A stretch of 60,603 bases of DNA, taken from positions 1-60,603 of the forward strand of contig JAASSY010000001.1 of assembly GCA_021767645.1 (NCBI GenBank), read 5' to 3'. Shown piece by piece: positions 7,804 to 17,755 of the stretch (the stretch's first letter is position 1; each line of letters starts with the position of its first letter). A model generated the notes under the pieces. That model was not told where the DNA came from. It did not search any database and was given only the letters and a program-made list of their open reading frames with translations. The DNA comes from Candidatus Parcubacteria bacterium. GTDB lineage: Bacteria; Patescibacteriota; Minisyncoccia; Phycocordibacterales; UBA918. The position numbers were made by a program, and so were the translations under genes.

Positions 7804-9807
7804 CTAGCTTGAAGAGAGGCTCATTCCGTTTGATGTTTCATCAACATCAACACCATCAACAGATTCGAGGGTTACACGGTATGTACCTGCACCATCTGTA
7901 CCGTCAAACGCTACGTCAAGTGCGAAGGTAGCTGTGTCACCTTCTGCAACAGTCCAGGTTCCACCTGCGTATGTTGCGTCACCGTCGATCTTAGCAAGTG
8001 TTGCAGTTGCAGTTGATGTCGCTGCGCCACCGGTTAGGGTGAACATAACGTCATCTGAAGCACCGTCAACATCTGCGTTGTTAGCTACAGAGAAGGTTAC
8101 ATCATCATCTGCGTCCTCAGCGTCAACTGTGAACTCGTATGAGATGGTACCTGCTGTACCAGCGTCGTTCTCATCTACTGTTGAATCAACACCAGTGATT
8201 TGTGGAACGGCTGTCTGTAGAGTGTGTGTACCGCTAGTTTCAGAACCGTCGATGAGGTTGTCATCTTCGAGACCTTCAGCCTCCCAGTCTGAAGCAGCAG
8301 TGTCACCGTCAACTGCGAGGTCGATAGTTACACCGTCTTCGTAGTTGTCACCACCGTCTTGACCTTCGAATACAACAGATACTACTGATTCGTACTCTTC
8401 GTCAGCTTCAAGTTCAAGGTCATCGAACTCAAAGAGGTAGTGTACGGTAGTTGCTGAAGAAGAAGCGATAACATCGTCTTCGTCATCAGAACCACCCTTG
8501 CTGTCTGTAGAGTCTACAGCTTCTCCTTCAATCTTCTCACCATCGATAGTGAGGTAGATGTCAGAGATAACATCTTCTTGACCACCCATGATGTCGTCGT
8601 TTGAAGCTGGGTTACTTACAGTAACAGCTACGTACGCGTCAGTAAGGACAAGGTCTGAAGAATCTTCACCAACGTCAATGTCGAAGATGAATGCGTCGTA
8701 CTCATCTGACTCATCTGTGTTGTCATCTACCTGAAGGGTAGTGTCATCTGGGTCATTTGAGTTTGATTCGAAGTCAGCTCCGTCATCAATACCTGCTTCT
8801 TCAATAACAAATGTTACTGAACCAGATACTGAATCATCTGAAGCTACACCATCAGCGTCGAAGTAACGTACTTCTGTTGCTTCTAGTTCCCAGTCTCGCT
8901 TATCTTCGTCTGCGTCATCTGAGCCGTCTACTGAGTTCATTACTGAAACAGCAACGAGTACTTCTACTTCTTCACCGTCTTCAACAATCATGTCGAGGTT
9001 AGTGAAACGGAATTCACCTTCATCTTCGTCAAGGTATTCGTCTTCATCGTCAGCTTCGAATGAAGCAACTTTGTCACCGTCTACCCAGAGAGCAACTTCA
9101 GTGAATACATCCCATGGATCATCTTCGTCGTTGATGGTACCAGTGGTAGCATCAGCGAGTTCGAATGTCATGCGAGACATTTCGATGTCACCGTCGTCAG
9201 CTTCAAGTGTAACTGAAGCAACAACAACATCATCTTCACCCTCTTGTACTTCAGTCTCTTCGTCGTCCATGTCGAACTCTTCGAGAGTACCTTCACCTGA
9301 GAGAGTCATGTCATCTTCGTCCATGTCCTCATCTTCGTCCATGTCGTCATCCATGTCCTCGTCAGTGTCTGGCACTGTAACGGTACATGCTGATTCCATA
9401 GCACCTTGAGTGATAGGACCGTAGTAACCTACCGCTGGAGCGACACCGTTAGCAGCTTGCCATGAAGCAAGAGCAGCTTGTGTCTGTGAACCGAAGTAGC
9501 CAGTTGCACCAGCAGGGATCACTTCACCCCATCCAATAAGAAGTTCTTGGAGAGCAGTAACGTTTGCTCCTTGTGAACCGATTGTCATAGGTGGTACAGG
9601 AACTTCACAGGTTTCTGTGGTAGTTTCACCGCCGCCACCGAGTTGTGCTTCAAGCTGCGCGATTTGTGCGAGCAGTGAAGCGATTTGTGCTTGCAGGTCA
9701 TCAGCTTCTTGCGCCTGCGCAGCAGGAGCAACAAGTGTGAAGAGCATAGCAACTGTAACGAAAGCTACTGAAAGCTTTGCCACAGTGTTGGTTGCAATAT
9801 TAGTCAT
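7804..9807 (-). CDS. Secreted, extremely acidic surface protein with peptidoglycan-binding-like domain
   Basis: Signal peptide (VAMLFTLVAPAAQAQ), a short coiled coil, a PG_binding_1-like segment (GANVTALQELL..GYFGSQTQAALASWQAANGV), then ~500 aa very rich in D/E/T/V. Confidence 0.85.
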   Translation of the reverse strand: MTNIATNTVAKLSVAFVTVAMLFTLVAPAAQAQEADDLQAQIASLLAQIAQLEAQLGGGGETTTETCEVPVPPMTIGSQGANVTALQELLIGWGEVIPAGATGYFGSQTQAALASWQAANGVAPAVGYYGPITQGAMESACTVTVPDTDEDMDDDMDEDEDMDEDDMTLSGEGTLEEFDMDDEETEVQEGEDDVVVASVTLEADDGDIEMSRMTFELADATTGTINDEDDPWDVFTEVALWVDGDKVASFEADDEDEYLDEDEGEFRFTNLDMIVEDGEEVEVLVAVSVMNSVDGSDDADEDKRDWELEATEVRYFDADGVASDDSVSGSVTFVIEEAGIDDGADFESNSNDPDDTTLQVDDNTDESDEYDAFIFDIDVGEDSSDLVLTDAYVAVTVSNPASNDDIMGGQEDVISDIYLTIDGEKIEGEAVDSTDSKGGSDDEDDVIASSSATTVHYLFEFDDLELEADEEYESVVSVVFEGQDGGDNYEDGVTIDLAVDGDTAASDWEAEGLEDDNLIDGSETSGTHTLQTAVPQITGVDSTVDENDAGTAGTISYEFTVDAEDADDDVTFSVANNADVDGASDDVMFTLTGGAATSTATATLAKIDGDATYAGGTWTVAEGDTATFALDVAFDGTDGAGTYRVTLESVDGVDVDETSNGMSLSSS

Positions 9808-9853
9808 AACTGTAAATTACTTTCAAAGTAATTACTTCTAATGAATACTGATA

Positions 9854-9873
9854 AATATGAATTAATTCATATT
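9854..9873. promoter_or_regulatory. Perfect 20-bp palindrome upstream of the surface-protein gene (candidate operator)
   Basis: AATATGAATTAATTCATATT lies 47 nt upstream of the start codon at 9807. It is followed by the hairpin ACAAGAGG..CCTCTTGT (9875-9899). Confidence 0.4.
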
Positions 9874-10546
9874 CACAAGAGGCTCATATAACCTCTTGTT
9901 GAACAACACTAGCTTCTTATCTATGAGGCTACTCTCATATATTAAGAAGTTAGCTGCGGAATCCCTCGTTGCGAATGGTTGGTCAGTCGTAGCAGAACAA
10001 GTCGGCTCGCAACTAGGCACTACTTATACCGCGCGGTGCTTACGCGCGTGAGTGTTGGCAATATATATGTAGGGACAGGTGCGCTGTACGCTCTTCCTGT
10101 ATACAGTTGTCAACGAACTCTTAGTCCCGTCAGTCGTGGTCGCTCTAATAAAAAAGCGTGACCAGACTGAGGACGCATCATTAGTATACCCGACCTAGCA
10201 CATGCGCTTGTTGCGTTATGTGGATAGGAACTAGGAGGAACTAATGAAGTGCACCGAGAATACGTGGTTTTAGGGACAAAGTCAACTAAAACGACGTCGG
10301 TGCAGCTGTCATTGAAGACGACACGGGACAGCACTTCTTACACCGTAAAACCTTAGCAAACAACACTATTTTCACTTGGCAAGTAGTGGGGTCGCCACCT
10401 CGCTGCAATGTCTCTTTAAGCAGTTGAGCTCATAGACGAGTGCCGTACGTGTCTGCTAGCGCGCTTCTGCGACATGTCGTTTAAAACCAACATAGAGACA
10501 CGTTGTCTGTCTCTTATAACAGACACAAACTCTCATAGAGACAACC

Positions 10547-11266
10547 CTAGACAAGGCTGTACTTAGACCAGCGACGCTCACCTTCTCGTTTGACAATATT
10601 GTCCTCTATCATGGCGTTGAGCTCACGCTGAATGGTCTTTTCACTAACGTCCGTTACTATCTCTGATATGTCTTTGATACTGGCCTCCCCTTTGGCTTCA
10701 AGGATGGTCCTAATGCGGGTGCGGCGATCGTTGCCACTCGGGCTCTGCGGTGCCGGACGCGGGGCTGACTGGTAGCTGCTTGGAGCCGGGACTGACGGTC
10801 GACTCGGAGTAGTGCGCTTGCCACGAACGGGTGCGGCAGTTGGTTCAGCCATGAGCGACGCGAGAACGTCTTCCCCTTCTATATACTCACTTAAGTTACG
10901 CAGGGTGAGGGCAATCTCACTACACAAGAGATCGTGGACATCTTGCGGGATGACAGAAGCAATCCGGGCAATCCGGATGGTGCTCTCGAGACCAATGAGC
11001 GACTGGGCAAACTGCTCTAAGACCTCCCGCGCGGTAGCTGGTTTGGTCTCTAAGGTACGCAGTGCATTCTCGTGGGCGAAGTGTGCCTTTGAGGCGAGGT
11101 TGCTGGTATGTGTCTCTGACTTTTTGTCTACCTCGATATTGTTGAGGATATAAAAGACAACAGAAACAATCTTTTCTGTCTTTTTAAAAATGTTTTGGTA
11201 ATACTCATTATCGTGAATGAGTTTTTCGTAGCTTTTGTCCTTGAGAAGACTGTCGTTTTGATCCAT
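10547..11266 (-). CDS. Hypothetical regulator with C-terminal DeoR-like wHTH
   Basis: The C-terminus RIRTILEAKGEASIKDISEIVTDVSEKTIQRELNAMIEDNIV is HTH-like, preceded by a Pro/Ser-rich linker. ATG at 11266 with AAGGA upstream. The ORF-track start at 11308 is a TTG. Confidence 0.6.
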   Translation of the reverse strand: MDQNDSLLKDKSYEKLIHDNEYYQNIFKKTEKIVSVVFYILNNIEVDKKSETHTSNLASKAHFAHENALRTLETKPATAREVLEQFAQSLIGLESTIRIARIASVIPQDVHDLLCSEIALTLRNLSEYIEGEDVLASLMAEPTAAPVRGKRTTPSRPSVPAPSSYQSAPRPAPQSPSGNDRRTRIRTILEAKGEASIKDISEIVTDVSEKTIQRELNAMIEDNIVKREGERRWSKYSLV

Positions 11267-11499
11267 GTAGGCTGTCCTTAAAACTGGTAAATGGAGTGTA
11301 GGAGACAATATCTATTTGTACTATATACCTTTTAAAGACAGTTGCAAGTCCTTATTTTGCGCCATTGTCGCTGACTTTGACGTTAGCTACCGGACACCTA
11401 CGGCAGCTCTATACGGCATGGTGTAGCTGCTTGGCTGGGACGTACGTATAGGGTGCTTCATGCTAGAATAGGGTCATTGTAAGTTACTGAAACGTAGAC

Positions 11500-13731
11500 A
11501 TGGCACGACGAAAGAACAAGCGGTCTAAGCCCGAGAAAAAACCATTATTCGACGACCTCGCTCCACAAACCAAGCAAGCCATTGGAGCGGTGCTCTTGGT
11601 CTTCTTAGCTATCTTTATCATCCTCTCGCTCATGCAAGCAGCGGGTATGGTCGGCGACTGGACGAATCAGGCGCTGGACTTCCTCTTTGGTGGTGGTGCC
11701 TACCTCGCTCCCCTGGCGTGTCTCTTCTACGTGTACGCGCTGTTGAATCCAAAAGAGAATGAAGAAGTAAGCACTTCGAAAGTCATCGGGATTGCGCTCT
11801 TGTTTCTGTCACTCCTTGGTTACCTCTCACTCTACCAAGACGGCTTTGGTGGGCTTGGCGGTGCCATCCTCGCCTGGCCGCTGAAGTACCTCATGGGTAA
11901 CTTAGCGACCGGCATCGTACTCGGCGCAGTACTGGTGATCGGTATCTTCCTGACCTTCAACACCGGCCTGAAACTACCTGGCTTCCTGAAGAAGAAAGAG
12001 CTCGACCTAGAGAACGACGAAGACATCGCCAACCTCGAACTTCCAACCGAAGACGAACCAGCCACTGAAAGTGAGGCAGAACTCCCAGAAGAAACCGCAG
12101 AGCCCGAGCCAGCACCAAAGAAAAAATCAAGCGGTGGCAAACTCGGCCTCGGGAAGAAGAAGCCCGATATGGACATCCCGATGTACAGTGGACCGTACAC
12201 TGCTCCCCCGCTCTCACTCCTTAAGCGCGGCAAAGGCAAAGCTAAGACGGGCAATGTAAAAGAAAGTGCCAATACTATTAAACAGACGCTTAAGAACTTC
12301 GGCATTGAGGTAGAGATGGACCAGGTAGAAATCGGACCGACTGTCACCCGCTATGCCCTGAAGCCAGCCCAGGGAGTGAAGCTAGCGAAAATTGTTGGTC
12401 TCCAGCGTGAGCTCGAGCTCGCACTGCAGGGGAGTACCATCCGCATCGAGGCACCAATCCCCGGCAAGTCGCTCGTTGGTATCGAAGTACCTAATACAGA
12501 AAAAGCTACTATCGGCCTGGCTGCCCTCTTGGCTTCGCCGGAGTTTACCGACTCCCCACAACCACTCTTGGCCGCCCTTGGTAAAGACATCACAGGTAAG
12601 GCACACTTTGCGAACATTGCCCGAATGCCGCACGGACTCATCGCTGGTACCACTGGCTCGGGTAAGTCGGTGATGATTCACAACCTCATCCTCTCCCTCC
12701 TCTACCGCAACTCCCCTGACCAGCTACGGCTCGTGATGGTCGACCCAAAGCGAGTGGAACTCACCCTCTACAACGGCATCCCGCACCTGATGACTGACGT
12801 GATTACCGACGCTAAAAAGGCCCTGATGGCACTGAAGTGGGCTGTTAAAGAGATGGAACGGCGCTACGACGTCTTACGCGAAAACCGTGTACAGAACCTG
12901 GCGAGCTACCACAGCAAGGTGTACCAGCCAGCCAAAGACACGTTTGACGACGCGACCTTCGAGACTGACGAAGAGCGTGAAGCAGCTCGCAAAGAACTCC
13001 CACCGGCGTTGCCATACATCGTGATAATTATGGACGAACTAGCTGACCTCATGCACGCCTACCCACGCGAGCTCGAGGCGGCCATCGTCCGACTGGCGCA
13101 GATGAGTCGGGCCGTGGGTATTCACCTCCTCTTAGCCACGCAGCGACCATCGGTCAACGTCATCACCGGTACTATCAAGGCCAACATCCCGACGCGACTG
13201 GCGATGAAGGTAGCGTCGCAAGTCGACTCGCGTACCATACTCGACTCAGTCGGCGCTGAGAAACTCCTCGGCCAAGGTGACCTCCTCTTCAGTTCAGAGG
13301 AGTACGATAAGCCAATGCGTCTCCAGTCAGCCTTTGTGTCTGATGATGAGCTCAAGGCAGTGGTCGACTTCCTGAAAAAACAAGCTGACGTACAAGAACT
13401 CGACTCCCTCGACCTCGATGCTAAAGCAGATGGTCCGGGTGATGATAGTATCTTCGGTGCAGCGGTCGAAGACGATGACGAGGACGATCTCTACGGTGAA
13501 GCCAAGCAGACCGTCATCGAAGCCGGCAAAGCCTCGACCTCGTTCCTCCAGCGGAAGTTACGAATTGGCTACTCGCGGGCTGCTCGCTTGATGGACATCC
13601 TTGAGGAGCGCGGTGTCATTGGTCCGGCTGATGGCGCCAAACCACGCGAAATCCTCGCGAGCAGTGAAGACGCAGCTGACGAGGCAGACGCCACAGACGA
13701 CACCTTTGCCGAAGATGAACCACTTCGTTAA
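11500..13731 (+). CDS. ftsK: DNA translocase FtsK
   Basis: N-terminal TM segments, Walker A GTTGSGKSV, motor domain, and C-terminal gamma wHTH (TSFLQRKLRIGYSRAARLMDILEERGVIG). Confidence 0.95.
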   Translation: MARRKNKRSKPEKKPLFDDLAPQTKQAIGAVLLVFLAIFIILSLMQAAGMVGDWTNQALDFLFGGGAYLAPLACLFYVYALLNPKENEEVSTSKVIGIALLFLSLLGYLSLYQDGFGGLGGAILAWPLKYLMGNLATGIVLGAVLVIGIFLTFNTGLKLPGFLKKKELDLENDEDIANLELPTEDEPATESEAELPEETAEPEPAPKKKSSGGKLGLGKKKPDMDIPMYSGPYTAPPLSLLKRGKGKAKTGNVKESANTIKQTLKNFGIEVEMDQVEIGPTVTRYALKPAQGVKLAKIVGLQRELELALQGSTIRIEAPIPGKSLVGIEVPNTEKATIGLAALLASPEFTDSPQPLLAALGKDITGKAHFANIARMPHGLIAGTTGSGKSVMIHNLILSLLYRNSPDQLRLVMVDPKRVELTLYNGIPHLMTDVITDAKKALMALKWAVKEMERRYDVLRENRVQNLASYHSKVYQPAKDTFDDATFETDEEREAARKELPPALPYIVIIMDELADLMHAYPRELEAAIVRLAQMSRAVGIHLLLATQRPSVNVITGTIKANIPTRLAMKVASQVDSRTILDSVGAEKLLGQGDLLFSSEEYDKPMRLQSAFVSDDELKAVVDFLKKQADVQELDSLDLDAKADGPGDDSIFGAAVEDDDEDDLYGEAKQTVIEAGKASTSFLQRKLRIGYSRAARLMDILEERGVIGPADGAKPREILASSEDAADEADATDDTFAEDEPLR

Positions 13732-13758
13732 GCAAGAATTTCGTATCTACCACCGTAT

Positions 13759-14181
13759 ATGTCACCAATTTCTACCAACCTCCTCCCCGTCCGCACCTAC
13801 CTCCGCTGGTCGTTGGTAGTGGTAGTGGGTGTGGCACTGGTGTGGTACATCAGTTTCCAAGCACGATTTATGCTGGAAGGACCAGTCGTAGAGCTGAGTG
13901 ACGAGCCGGCCTTCACTCAGTCTGACCGGCTCGTCACCCTCTCGGGCCAAGCCCGTAATATCGTTGAGTTGACCTTGAACGGGCGCGAGATATACACTGA
14001 TACTGATGGGTATTTTGCAGAAGCGCTCGTGCTCGAAAACGGCTATACTATAGCTACCATCACTGCCCGAGACCGGTACGGCCGTGAACAGTCTTATGAA
14101 CAAACGTTTGTGTACACCGGCACACAACCTAACCACAGCAACAATTATGGCAAGCAAGAAAACGACCAAGAAAACAGCTAA
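13759..14181 (+). CDS. Membrane-anchored hypothetical protein
   Basis: 140 aa with an N-terminal TM ([17 protein letters not shown]) and a beta-rich extracytoplasmic part. Overlaps the recA start by 35 nt. Confidence 0.55.
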   Translation: MSPISTNLLPVRTYLRWSLVVVVGVALVWYISFQARFMLEGPVVELSDEPAFTQSDRLVTLSGQARNIVELTLNGREIYTDTDGYFAEALVLENGYTIATITARDRYGREQSYEQTFVYTGTQPNHSNNYGKQENDQENS

Positions 14182-15220
14182 AAAAGCTGTCAAAGCAGAC
14201 GACCAGAAGCAAGGCGGTGCCGCAAATATCGCTGAGACCCTTCGCAGCCTGAAAACTAAGTTTGGCGAAGAAGCGATCATGACGCTCGACGAGAGTAAAA
14301 AAGTCGACGTAGATTCCGTTTCGACGGGATCGATTGGTCTTGACGACGCGCTCGGTATTGGCGGTCTCCCCCGGGGACGGATTGTTGAGATCTATGGACC
14401 AGAGTCTTCGGGTAAGACGACCCTCTCGCTCCATGCTGTTGCCGAAGCGCAAAAAGAAGGTGGTGTCTGTGCGTTTATCGACGCTGAGCACGCCATGGAC
14501 CCAGAGTACGCTAAGAATATTGGTGTTAAACTCGACGAACTCCTCATCTCCCAACCCGACACTGGCGAACAGGCACTCGAGATTGTGGAGTCACTGGTGC
14601 GCTCAGGCAAGCTCGACGTGATCGTGATTGATTCGGTGGCTGCGCTGACCCCGAAGGACGAGATCGAAGGTGAAATGGGAGCGCACCACGTTGGCAAGCA
14701 GGCGCGGCTGATGAGTCAGGCCTTGCGAAAACTAACAGGTATCGTCAGCAAGAGTAAGACGGTAGTGATCTTCATTAACCAAATCCGGATGCAGGTGGGG
14801 GTGATGTTTGGTAACCCAGAAACTACCCCAGGTGGTAAAGCGCTCAAGTTCTATACCTCGGTGCGGCTTGATATCCGCCGGATCGCCCAGATTAAGAAGG
14901 GTGACGAAGTGGTCGGTGGTCGCCACCGGGTGAAAGTAGCCAAGAACAAAGTAGCGGCGCCGTTCCGGACCACTGAGTTTGACCTCATCTACGGCGAAGG
15001 TATCAGTCGTGAAGGTGAACTCCTCGCCCTCGGTGAGAAGTACGACATGGTCACGAAAGCCGGTGCTAGCTACAGCTACACTCCCCCGGGCGGTGATGAG
15101 TCAACCGTCGTGAAGCTCGGCCGTGGTTATGACGCCGCTCGTACCACCCTGCGCGAAGATAAAAAGCTGAGCAAGGAAATGCTAAAACACATCCGCAAAG
15201 CACTGAAAGAAGAGTCATAG
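14147..15220 (+). CDS. recA: Recombinase RecA with basic N-terminal tail
   Basis: Canonical RecA ([25 protein letters not shown]-like, [38 protein letters not shown]). ATG at 14147 was chosen over the ORF-track start at 14084. Confidence 0.95.
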   Translation: MASKKTTKKTAKKAVKADDQKQGGAANIAETLRSLKTKFGEEAIMTLDESKKVDVDSVSTGSIGLDDALGIGGLPRGRIVEIYGPESSGKTTLSLHAVAEAQKEGGVCAFIDAEHAMDPEYAKNIGVKLDELLISQPDTGEQALEIVESLVRSGKLDVIVIDSVAALTPKDEIEGEMGAHHVGKQARLMSQALRKLTGIVSKSKTVVIFINQIRMQVGVMFGNPETTPGGKALKFYTSVRLDIRRIAQIKKGDEVVGGRHRVKVAKNKVAAPFRTTEFDLIYGEGISREGELLALGEKYDMVTKAGASYSYTPPGGDESTVVKLGRGYDAARTTLREDKKLSKEMLKHIRKALKEES

Positions 15221-15240
15221 GTTCATTACCTCAATACTAA

Positions 15241-15274
15241 ACACCAGCGCGCCACTTTCGTGGCGCGCTGGTGT
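15241..15274. terminator. Bidirectional terminator (recA / convergent gene)
   Basis: ACACCAGCGCGCCAC-tttc-GTGGCGCGCTGGTGT, a perfect 15-bp stem. Confidence 0.75.
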
Positions 15275-15290
15275 ATTAACTTAGATGATA

Positions 15291-15632
15291 CTAGAGAGCT
15301 ATCCGGTGGGTGGTGAGGTGGTGAGGGCGAATGCGTCGAAGCTGCTGGAGTAATACCATACAAGACGCTAGTAGCGCTATGATACTTAACAGTGTTAGCA
15401 CCTCCCCTTTCATCAGTAGACTGAGAGTGAAAGCTGGCACCTCGCGTACTGGCTGGTTAAGAAATGCCTCCCACACACGAGCTACGTGCACCAGCTTCGC
15501 AAACGAAAATAGACTCACCATAAAGACAGCGCCCGCTAGCGCAGCCCAGCTCCACACCACGCTCAGTGTATAGCTCAAGTAGACACGACGCATTACAGCG
15601 CGGTGTACTGTATTGTTTGTTTGAGTATTCAT
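15291..15632 (-). CDS. Putative membrane anti-sigma factor
   Basis: 113 aa starting at the ATG at 15632, with two TM segments. Lies immediately downstream of the ECF sigma gene. The call rests on position only. Confidence 0.45.
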   Translation of the reverse strand: MNTQTNNTVHRAVMRRVYLSYTLSVVWSWAALAGAVFMVSLFSFAKLVHVARVWEAFLNQPVREVPAFTLSLLMKGEVLTLLSIIALLASCMVLLQQLRRIRPHHLTTHRIAL

Positions 15633-15680
15633 ACGTAATTGCCTATTGCACCTATTACTACTGTGGCGCCACACAAAAGG

Positions 15681-16292
15681 TTACGTCCGGTCTTCCAGTA
15701 GTGTTCGCACCTCTTCTGTCGCCGCTTCTTTACGAAACGCGGCTTTGGCACGGTGGATCCGAGCCTTGATGGTACCAACGTTCTCTCCGGTGTCTGCCGC
15801 AATATCTTTATGACTCCAACGCTCGAGGTAGTGGAGGCGTAAGACGTACGCAAAATGTCCCGGCAAACGCTCAAGCACCCGTACGATAGCATCAGTCCGC
15901 TCCGTGTGTGCGTGGTTGACAGACTGGTCACGGACAAATGATTCGAACTCGGGGTCAATGTTCGTAAAGCGCTCCCCTTCTTTTACCTTCTTCTGGTAGC
16001 GTGTGAAAGCGGTATTCATGAGAATCCGGTAGGCCCACGAGCTAAATTTAGCACCGTCTTGTGGTGTAAAGGAGTGCGCGTTGACGTAGATTTTGGTAAA
16101 CGCGTCTTGGACCACTTCTTCTGCGTCCAGCTGATTGCGGAGAATGTTCATTGCTTTGCGCATAAAGGGGTCTTGGTAGCGCTCTAGCAACACCGCAAAA
16201 ATCCAAGGGTGGGCCTGGCTGCGGGTTAACACCTCTTCATCGCTGAGCTTTTTGGCGTCGTCCGTTGTGGTAATACCGAACATCATATACAT
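15681..16292 (-). CDS. ECF-type RNA polymerase sigma-70 family factor
   Basis: Region 2 (EVVQDAFTKIYVN..FSSWAYRILMNTAF) and region 4 HTH (LRLHYLERWSHKDIAADTGENVGTIKARIHRAK). Confidence 0.85.
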   Translation of the reverse strand: MYMMFGITTTDDAKKLSDEEVLTRSQAHPWIFAVLLERYQDPFMRKAMNILRNQLDAEEVVQDAFTKIYVNAHSFTPQDGAKFSSWAYRILMNTAFTRYQKKVKEGERFTNIDPEFESFVRDQSVNHAHTERTDAIVRVLERLPGHFAYVLRLHYLERWSHKDIAADTGENVGTIKARIHRAKAAFRKEAATEEVRTLLEDRT

Positions 16293-16386
16293 ACTATCAC
16301 CTCCTCCTACTGACGGAAGTTTCGTTTTGTTGCGTTTATGGTCTTATCCGCTACACTATAGCCGTTACTGCTAATCTATACGAACT

Positions 16387-16968
16387 GTGGCAAAAGTAGA
16401 ATACAACCAAATACTTCCGAAACGAACCGTTGTCATGGACGGTGATCCATACCTTGTCCTCTCATCGACAATCTCTAAAAAAGACCGGCAAAAAGCCAGC
16501 AACAATGTGAAGATGAAAAACCTTCGCTCAGGCAACGTCGTCGACCGCACCTTTCACCAGTCTGATGTACTCACCGAAGCAGAACTTGAGAAACGGCCGA
16601 TTGTATTTATTTTTTACAACCCGAAAAAGGGTGAATACATGTTTCATACTGCCGGTAATCCGGGTGAACGCTTCCCTTTAAGTGAAGCCGTTGTTGGCCC
16701 TGACGGCAAGTGGCTCAAGGAGAAGAGTGAGCTGGATGCGGTTGTATTTAACGACGAGATTATGGGGGTACAGATACCTATTAAAGTAGAACTGACGGTG
16801 ACTGAAGCGTCTGAAGCGGTTAAGGGTAATACATCAAGCGGCGCTACCAAGGAAGTGACCGTAGAAACGGGTGCTACCCTGCAAGTACCCCAGTTTATCA
16901 ACCAGGGCGATGTGATTTCGATCAATACCGAAACTGGTCAGTACGCTGAGCGAGTGAGTAAGGCATAG
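16387..16968 (+). CDS. efp: Translation elongation factor P
   Basis: 193 aa with a GTG start. EF-P three-domain pattern with a C-terminus ending ..GDVISINTETGQYAERV. Confidence 0.9.
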   Translation: MAKVEYNQILPKRTVVMDGDPYLVLSSTISKKDRQKASNNVKMKNLRSGNVVDRTFHQSDVLTEAELEKRPIVFIFYNPKKGEYMFHTAGNPGERFPLSEAVVGPDGKWLKEKSELDAVVFNDEIMGVQIPIKVELTVTEASEAVKGNTSSGATKEVTVETGATLQVPQFINQGDVISINTETGQYAERVSKA

Positions 16969-16994
16969 CTTTGCTCAGCGCTATAAATATAAAT

Positions 16995-17027
16995 ACAACC
17001 GCGCTGTACGCGCGGTTGTCTTGTTTT
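16995..17027 (+). terminator. Rho-independent terminator of efp
   Basis: ACAACCGCGC (16995-17004) / GCGCGGTTGT (17010-17019), followed by cTTGTTTT. Confidence 0.75.
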
Positions 17028-17048
17028 ACATTTTTAAGTGGATCTCCA

Positions 17049-17165
17049 CTACCCAAAAAGGTATTTCACCAAGGCACCAATCCACACCAACCCGATTAAC
17101 AAATACACGACGATGCCTCTACTCTCTAGAAACCGTCGCAACCAGCTGTTTTCGTTATGTGCCAT
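17049..17165 (-). CDS. Small membrane protein (38 aa)
   Basis: MAHNENSWLRRFLESRGIVVYLLIGLVWIGALVKYLFG. AAGGGAGAAG SD lies upstream of the ATG at 17165. Confidence 0.5.
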   Translation of the reverse strand: MAHNENSWLRRFLESRGIVVYLLIGLVWIGALVKYLFG

Positions 17166-17248
17166 TATCACTTCTCCCTTTCTTGTACTACCGTACCATA
17201 TGACTGATCGATGACGTAATACACCCGGCAACGAAATGTTGCCGGGTG

Positions 17249-17410
17249 TTAGAGCTCACTATAAATTGCGTATGCCGCTAGTGTCATGGCTTCGTACGGA
17301 AGAGAAAGAACGGTACCACCTACCAGAATAATCAGTTTGACTGTCCCATAGTAGAGGGCAATACAGATTATGAACACCACAAGCAGCAAACAACACCGAG
17401 TGAATGTCAT
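17249..17410 (-). CDS. Small membrane protein (53 aa)
   Basis: MTFTRCCLLLVVFIICIALYY... A strong AGAAGGAGGG SD lies before the ATG at 17410. The hairpin at 17221-17248 follows the stop. Confidence 0.5.
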   Translation of the reverse strand: MTFTRCCLLLVVFIICIALYYGTVKLIILVGGTVLSLPYEAMTLAAYAIYSEL

Positions 17411-17560
17411 ACAACCCTCCTTCTGTTGCCTCTTTGAGCTTAACATCAATAGAGATAGATGTAAAAACCAACCGTTGTGGTTGGTTTTTACAAGGTAGGA
17501 AGGAAATGTCTTCACGGAACGGCTCTTGACACATAGTCACTACGTTCCTTGTTGTAAGGC

Positions 17561-17755
17561 CTAGTACTGGATGTATGGTACGAGGGCCATAAAGCGAGCT
17601 CGCTTGACGGCTCGAGCGAAATCACGCTGTGCCTTTGCCGTCATGTGGGTGCGTCGGCGACTATTGATACGTGAGTGTGGGTTAAGGTTTGCCTTCATCT
17701 TAGCGACGTTTTTGTAGTCGATATGGTTGAGGGTCTGAGTTTGTGTTTCTGACAT
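17561..17755 (-). CDS. rpsR: 30S ribosomal protein S18
   Basis: 64 aa. The sequence ...KAQRDFARAVKRARFMALVPY is typical of S18. Sits in an rpsF-ssb-rpsR context. Confidence 0.9.
   Translation of the reverse strand: MSETQTQTLNHIDYKNVAKMKANLNPHSRINSRRRTHMTAKAQRDFARAVKRARFMALVPYIQY

Noticed and set aside
7934-9409. Several + strand ORFs (7934-8344, 8811-9002, 8990-9409) rich in Ser.
   Set aside because: They are antisense shadows of the D/E-rich surface-protein gene. GAx and GAy codons read as xTC on the opposite strand, giving poly-Ser frames with few stops.
9979-10334. Track ORFs 9979-10161 (+) and 10110-10334 (-) in the long intergenic region.
   Set aside because: They overlap each other, have Arg/Ser/Cys-rich improbable sequences, and lack SDs. 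The region is treated as non-coding.
11832-12681. - strand ORFs of 86-171 aa inside ftsK, and similar antisense or alternative-frame ORFs inside recA, ileS, argS, glyQS, glyA, nrdA and nrdB.
   Set aside because: They are embedded in strongly supported conserved genes, have non-protein-like composition, and lack SD or terminator context.
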